Source of the DNA: an uncultured bacterium
GTDB lineage: Bacteria > Actinomycetota > Coriobacteriia > Coriobacteriales > Coriobacteriaceae
Reading direction: 5' to 3'
Assembly (NCBI GenBank): GCA_905215905.1
Contig: CAJMRI010000010.1
Span: 2,838-66,837 of the forward strand
DNA: 64,000 nucleotides
Numbering within the stretch: position 1 is the stretch's first letter; each line of letters starts with the position of its first letter. Below, in pieces: positions 58,991 to 64,000 of this stretch. Under the pieces are notes generated by a model. That model was not told the DNA's origin, did not search any database, and worked only from the letters and a program-made list of their open reading frames with translations. A program made the position numbers and the translations under genes.

Positions 58991-60318
58991 AGAGCCTCGA
59001 GCGCGTTGGCAATGCGCTTCATGGCGGCATCGGCGGATGCTTGGTCGGGTGCCTCGGCCAGCACGCGGATAACCGACTCGGTTCCACTCTTGCGTACGAG
59101 CACGCGGCCCTCGCCTGCCAGCGCAGCCTCGGCCTCGGCGATGGCGTTCTGCACGCCCATGTTCTCGAGCGCGGCGTCCTTGTCCGCCACGCGCACGGCC
59201 ACCTGCGCCTGCGGCAGCAGCTTGCACGGAGCCGTGAGCTGCGAGAGCGTCTCGCGCTCGGCACGAATCACTTCCATCACGCGCAGCGAGGTCATAATGC
59301 CGTCGCCCGTGCGCTCGATATCGCCAAAGATCGTATGGCCCGTCTGCTCGCCGCCTAGGCTGTAACCGCCCTCGCGCATCTTGGCATACACGTGACGGTC
59401 GCCCACACCGCTGGTCACGGCACTTAGGCCGGCAAGCTCCAACGACTTGATCAGGCCAAAGTTGCTGGCAATCGTCGGAACCACGGTACCGCCCGAAAGG
59501 CGACCGTGCTTGTTCAGGTACACGCCGCACACGTACAGGATCTGGTCGCCATCGACCACGCGCCCGCGCTCGTCCACGGCCAGGCAGCGGTCGGCATCGC
59601 CGTCATAGGCAAAGCCCACGTCCAGGCCCTGCTCCACCACGTGGCGCTGCAGACGCTCCATATGCGTGGAGCCGCAGTCGACGTTGATGTTAAAACCATC
59701 GGGCGCGGCATTGATCACGCGCACGTCGGCGCCCAGCGCGTCGAACACCGGCTTGGCCACCGAGGACGCCGAGCCGTTGGCGCAGTCGATGCCGATCTTG
59801 ACGCCCTGCAGCGAAAAGTTCGCGCTGGCGATGAGCGAGGCAATGTAGCGGTTGCGGCCCTGCATGTAGTCCACCGTGGCGCCGATGTGGTTGCCCGTGG
59901 CCAGCGGCACCTCGCTCTTGCCATCGACGCAGTCCTCGATGAGCTCCAGTACGTCCTCGTCCATCTTAAAACCGTCGCTATTGACGAGCTTAATGCCGTT
60001 ATCGCAAAACGGGTTGTGGCTCGCGCTGATCATGATGCCGCAATCGAAGCAGCCTTCCACGGTCTGATGCGCTACGCCCGGCGTGGGGATCACGTGCAGC
60101 ATATAGGCGTCCGCACCGCTCGCGACCAGGCCACTCACCAGCGCCGCCTCGAACATATAACTCGAGCGACGCGTGTCCTTACCCACGATGACGCGCGCCT
60201 TGCGCTCGCGGTTGGCGCCGTAATACCAGCCCACAAAACGGCCAATCCTATAAGCGTGCTCTACCGTCAGCCCAACGTTAGCCTCACCGCGAAAGCCGTC
60301 GGTGCCAAAGTACTTCAT
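58987..60318 (-). CDS. glmM: Phosphoglucosamine mutase
   Basis: KYFGTDG.RG, SASHNP..DNGIK, DGDADR, GGEQTGH, RKSGTE..IRV. Confidence 0.9.
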   Translation of the reverse strand: MKYFGTDGFRGEANVGLTVEHAYRIGRFVGWYYGANRERKARVIVGKDTRRSSYMFEAALVSGLVASGADAYMLHVIPTPGVAHQTVEGCFDCGIMISASHNPFCDNGIKLVNSDGFKMDEDVLELIEDCVDGKSEVPLATGNHIGATVDYMQGRNRYIASLIASANFSLQGVKIGIDCANGSASSVAKPVFDALGADVRVINAAPDGFNINVDCGSTHMERLQRHVVEQGLDVGFAYDGDADRCLAVDERGRVVDGDQILYVCGVYLNKHGRLSGGTVVPTIASNFGLIKSLELAGLSAVTSGVGDRHVYAKMREGGYSLGGEQTGHTIFGDIERTGDGIMTSLRVMEVIRAERETLSQLTAPCKLLPQAQVAVRVADKDAALENMGVQNAIAEAEAALAGEGRVLVRKSGTESVIRVLAEAPDQASADAAMKRIANALEAL

Positions 60319-60401
60319 GCGCTCTCCTTACAAAATAGGGGCGAACAGATTGCCTGTCCGCCCCAAAATGGTACTCGATTATCTGCGCTACCAGAAAAAC
60401 C

Positions 60402-62714
60402 CTACGCCGACGCGCTGTCGCGAGCCGCCTGGCATGTAGGAGTCTGACGCAGCGTAAGCGGCTTGTCCCCCGCCTCGGCTGACGTGGTCAGCGTATATGT
60501 GATCGTCGTCGTCTCGCCAGCATGCAGGTCAACGGTGCCCGAATAGAAGGGGATTCCATGCCACGTAGCGGCGCCAAGACCAAACTGGGTGCCCTCGACG
60601 GTCAGGCCAGTAATGTTGCCGCCCGTCGGGGCAAACAACGAGACATTCAGACGTTCGTCGTCGCGCGCGGCATCAGGCGCGCTCGCCGCGACGTAGTCGG
60701 GCAGCTTGCCGGCCTCCTCCTGCGTCATGATGTTCGTCAGGGTAACGGTGATGCGATACGAGCATGTGCCGTCACCGTTCTTGATGCCCTGCCCAATCTG
60801 CGTATCGGCATTCAGGTACCAGTCGAGCTTGGAGAAGCTCAGGTTGTTAAAGTAGACACCAGCAACGGGATCTTCACTCGGGTCATCCGGATCGGGCAGC
60901 GAGGCGTCGATGTTCATCTCCTTGATAGCGTTCTGCTCGTCATCGTTTTTCATCCACGCGATCAGGCGGCCCTCTTCGGCACCGCGCTCAACGGCGCTGA
61001 CAAGCTTCGTAACATCGACATCGCCGATACCGCCAAGGATCTTGTCGAAGGCGGCGCTGGCAACAGCCGCAAAGATACCGTCCGACTCCTCGACCGGATA
61101 GTTCCAGTACACATCGTGCATGAGGACCTTTGCGGCGTTGGTGCCGTCGACAACCGTTCCGTCGGGCAGCGACACGTTACCGACCAGGCCCAGCAGATAC
61201 TGCAGGAACACCGGGTCGATACCCACGACGCCGTCAACGTCCTGACCATATTGAGATTTCCACAGGGCTGCGACACGCTGCGAGTTGCGGGGCCAATCGG
61301 GCGAATAGGTATTGCCCGAGTTGTACAGGTTACTGTGGTTGCCGAACAGCGCCTCATCCTCTTCGTCGACGCTCTCGACTGCCTCATCCTCGCTGAGTCC
61401 AATGCGGGGAACAAACTCGCCAATCGACATCTGGCCGTCGGTGACCGAAATCAGGCCCTGCGAACCGCCAAAGCCGCCGCAGGCACGAATCTCGACGTTG
61501 TTCATGGCGTACACAAGGTAGTTGCGCGTCTGGCCGTTGGCGCCGAGCATCTGGGGAAGGACGGGGGCGACATTCTCCGCCGCGTCAACCGCGCCGTTGA
61601 GGGTGGCAAAGCCGTCCTTGGCCTTATCGACCAGCTCGGTCACCTGGGAAATATGAGTATCGCCAATGCCCTGGACCTTCTCGTTGGCGCTCTTGAACAC
61701 CTTTGAGCTATCGGAAAGCGAATCGGCAACGGCCTGCAGCGCGGACACGTTAATCATGCCGTCCTGAAACAACTTGCCGGGCGTGGCCTGCGAAAGGTTG
61801 TCGGCCATGGGAACCAGCGCGTTGCTCGAGACATCGGACAGGGCGTCGATCATGGTGCGGGCCGCATTGATGTCGCCGCCATACACCGGAATAAACGAAG
61901 CCGCCGTCCACAGCGGGCTCGAGGTCTCCGCCTTCATGCTGTCGCAGAGCTCATCGATCTTCTTCGCGTCGTCAGGCAGCGTCGAAAAATCGCCCGACGT
62001 GACCTTGTCCTTAAGGCCACCGACGATCTCGACAGCCTCCTTCGCTTCGCTCTTTACGGTCTTTGCCGAGTTAAGCAGCATAAAGCCGCTTGCGCCAAGC
62101 GCAACGAGAAGCACCGCGACCACAGCGGCAACAATGGCGCCGGTGTGACGCTTTTTGCGCTCGCCCTTGCGATGGCGATGACGGACCAGACCGTCAGAGG
62201 TCGAACTCGACGAAGCGTCGCTACCGTAGTTCAAGCCAAAATCGTAATAATCTTCCTTGGAACCCGAGCCCGCAAACTCGGCACCGCTATCATCCAGGCG
62301 GGCGAACGTGCCAGTCTCGGAGGCACCGGTGTAAATCGTACCAAGGTTACCCGTAAGCCCCGCGCCACCGGCAGAGGGAGTATTGTTGGCGGCCTTGCCG
62401 GCATTAACGTTGCCGGCGGCATTTGCGGCGTTGGCAGCACCTGCGTTGTTCGCAGGTACCGAAGGAGCCCCGCTCGGCTGCGACGCGGAGGTTGCACCGC
62501 CCGCAAAGACATTCCCTCTTGCACGGCCGGTCTTTTTTGCCTTTTGAGACTGCTCGTACAGAGCGGTAAACATCGCCGTCTCGCCCGGGGACACGCGCTT
62601 ACCGGAACCGCCCTGTCCAGCGCCGCCCGGCGTGCCGGCCTTACCAGCCCCGTTCGGACGCGGCGGAACTGCAGGACGGCCGCTATCGCTGCCCTTAAAG
62701 TGATTACCAGCCAT
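60402..62714 (-). CDS. DUF4012-like membrane-anchored protein
   Basis: Low-complexity N-terminus, one TM, R.YLV..MNN.EIRACGGF.G, SPDWP, VDGVVGIDP, SKLDWYL. Confidence 0.8.
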   Translation of the reverse strand: MAGNHFKGSDSGRPAVPPRPNGAGKAGTPGGAGQGGSGKRVSPGETAMFTALYEQSQKAKKTGRARGNVFAGGATSASQPSGAPSVPANNAGAANAANAAGNVNAGKAANNTPSAGGAGLTGNLGTIYTGASETGTFARLDDSGAEFAGSGSKEDYYDFGLNYGSDASSSSTSDGLVRHRHRKGERKKRHTGAIVAAVVAVLLVALGASGFMLLNSAKTVKSEAKEAVEIVGGLKDKVTSGDFSTLPDDAKKIDELCDSMKAETSSPLWTAASFIPVYGGDINAARTMIDALSDVSSNALVPMADNLSQATPGKLFQDGMINVSALQAVADSLSDSSKVFKSANEKVQGIGDTHISQVTELVDKAKDGFATLNGAVDAAENVAPVLPQMLGANGQTRNYLVYAMNNVEIRACGGFGGSQGLISVTDGQMSIGEFVPRIGLSEDEAVESVDEEDEALFGNHSNLYNSGNTYSPDWPRNSQRVAALWKSQYGQDVDGVVGIDPVFLQYLLGLVGNVSLPDGTVVDGTNAAKVLMHDVYWNYPVEESDGIFAAVASAAFDKILGGIGDVDVTKLVSAVERGAEEGRLIAWMKNDDEQNAIKEMNIDASLPDPDDPSEDPVAGVYFNNLSFSKLDWYLNADTQIGQGIKNGDGTCSYRITVTLTNIMTQEEAGKLPDYVAASAPDAARDDERLNVSLFAPTGGNITGLTVEGTQFGLGAATWHGIPFYSGTVDLHAGETTTITYTLTTSAEAGDKPLTLRQTPTCQAARDSASA

Positions 62715-62863
62715 AAAGAAATCCTCGCAATTGAGTCGCAATGAAAAAGTCCATAACGTTACTAGTTTATGGCATTTTGAGCATCGACAGCTAAACTCCA
62801 GACACGGACATCAATTGGCGAAAATGCGGCACAACACCTTTTCCGTCCTGGCGGCGGCGCCAG

Positions 62864-63886
62864 CTACACCGTCAAAAACACCATCGCGATAATCATGGCA
62901 AAGCCCGCCAGGTCGGTGGGCAAAAACACCGTTCCCAGCATAAGGGCGCTGGTGATGGTGGCCGAAACCGGCTCCATGGTTCCAAGGAGGCTCGCACGCA
63001 CCGAGCCGATGTCCTTAACGCCCTGCATATAGAGCATGTAAGCAAAAAACGAGCCGATAACCACGAATACCGCGAGCGCCTCGACGCCGGCAGCGTCGAG
63101 TGTCGGCATATGCGCCCAAGGCTGCACGAAGACGCACGAGACCACGCCCGCCGTGAGCATTGCCGAGCCCGTGACGATGGGGCTGCCGTATTCGGGCAGG
63201 ATCTTAGCGGGAATCACCGCCATACACGTGGCGCTGACCGCACACATAAGACCTGCTGCCAGGCCAAGCGGCGAGATATTCAGGCTGGTGGGGTCGCCGC
63301 CGGTGGCGATTAAAAAGGTTCCACCCAGAGCCAGGCCAATGCCGATAACTTCGCGAGTACGCGGCATGCGGCGATCGGTCACGCAGGTGTAGCCCATGAT
63401 GATAACGAGCTGCAGGCACTGGAGCACCGTCGCGGTTCCGGCGTTCGTCAGGCGCACGGCCGAAAGATAGCAAAACTGGTTGAACAGCAGACCAAAGGCG
63501 GTAAAGAGCAGCAGCTGCTTGCGATCGGCGGGTGTGGTCCAGAGCTTAATCAGGCGCTCGCGGTCGCGCGTAACAACCACGGCCATAAAGAGTAGACCGG
63601 CGAGAATCTGACGCACGCTCATAAGCCACAAGGTGTCGACATGGTAGGTATCGAACAGAAAGCTCGCGCTGGTGCCCGAGAAGCCCCAAAACGAACCGCC
63701 CACCAACGTAGCCAAGACGCCCGTGATCATCTTGCGCGTCGAAGCGCTGTTCAGGCGCTCGCGCCAAGCGCGGCGGGTGCTACGGCTGAGCTCATCGGTG
63801 CCCTCGGGCACATCAATGTTCGATATATCGGTCATCGGCACCGAAGCCCCTGCGCCTTCGACCTGCTCGACACGCTCTTTGCTCAT
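62864..63886 (-). CDS. DMT/EamA family transporter
   Basis: About 10 TM, WGFSG, NAGTATVLQ, ASLLGTMEPVSA. Confidence 0.9.
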   Translation of the reverse strand: MSKERVEQVEGAGASVPMTDISNIDVPEGTDELSRSTRRAWRERLNSASTRKMITGVLATLVGGSFWGFSGTSASFLFDTYHVDTLWLMSVRQILAGLLFMAVVVTRDRERLIKLWTTPADRKQLLLFTAFGLLFNQFCYLSAVRLTNAGTATVLQCLQLVIIMGYTCVTDRRMPRTREVIGIGLALGGTFLIATGGDPTSLNISPLGLAAGLMCAVSATCMAVIPAKILPEYGSPIVTGSAMLTAGVVSCVFVQPWAHMPTLDAAGVEALAVFVVIGSFFAYMLYMQGVKDIGSVRASLLGTMEPVSATITSALMLGTVFLPTDLAGFAMIIAMVFLTV

Positions 63887-64000
63887 TCCATTCCCTCGAA
63901 GCAGCCTGGAAACAATTCGGCTTACCTTACCACGGCGAAGGCACCAGCCGAAGGCTTGTCCGCTTATCGGTAGGACAATTCCGCAGACGTCTTTCCATAG

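Overview
High-GC Actinomycetota chromosome segment, most consistent with Coriobacteriia (Collinsella-like; inferred from gene content, not verified). It is mostly housekeeping: htpG, serS, proC, rlmH, tatD-rsmA-metG-rsmI, rsgA, pyk, pheST with a T-box, glmM and six tRNA genes. It also holds a truncated YhgE/Pip gene, an orphan CpsC/D/B tyrosine-kinase module, pstB-phoB-phoR, a VanRS-like pair beside a D,D-carboxypeptidase, a Tad/Flp pilus locus, a NikMN-QO-type ECF transporter, one IS256 copy (8-bp TSD, apparently mutated catalytic Asp) and a frameshifted toxin-antitoxin-like pair. The most striking unexplained structure is non-coding. (1) Three different tRNA genes (Ser, Arg, Leu) are each followed by a 189-190 bp module with a shared covarying structured core, an antisense copy of that tRNA's own T-arm, and a second copy of the tRNA 3' end plus terminator. 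(2) A ~170 bp rod-hairpin element occurs twice, 56 kb apart, with at least 13 compensatory base-pair changes. Product calls come from motif recognition only; no database search was run.
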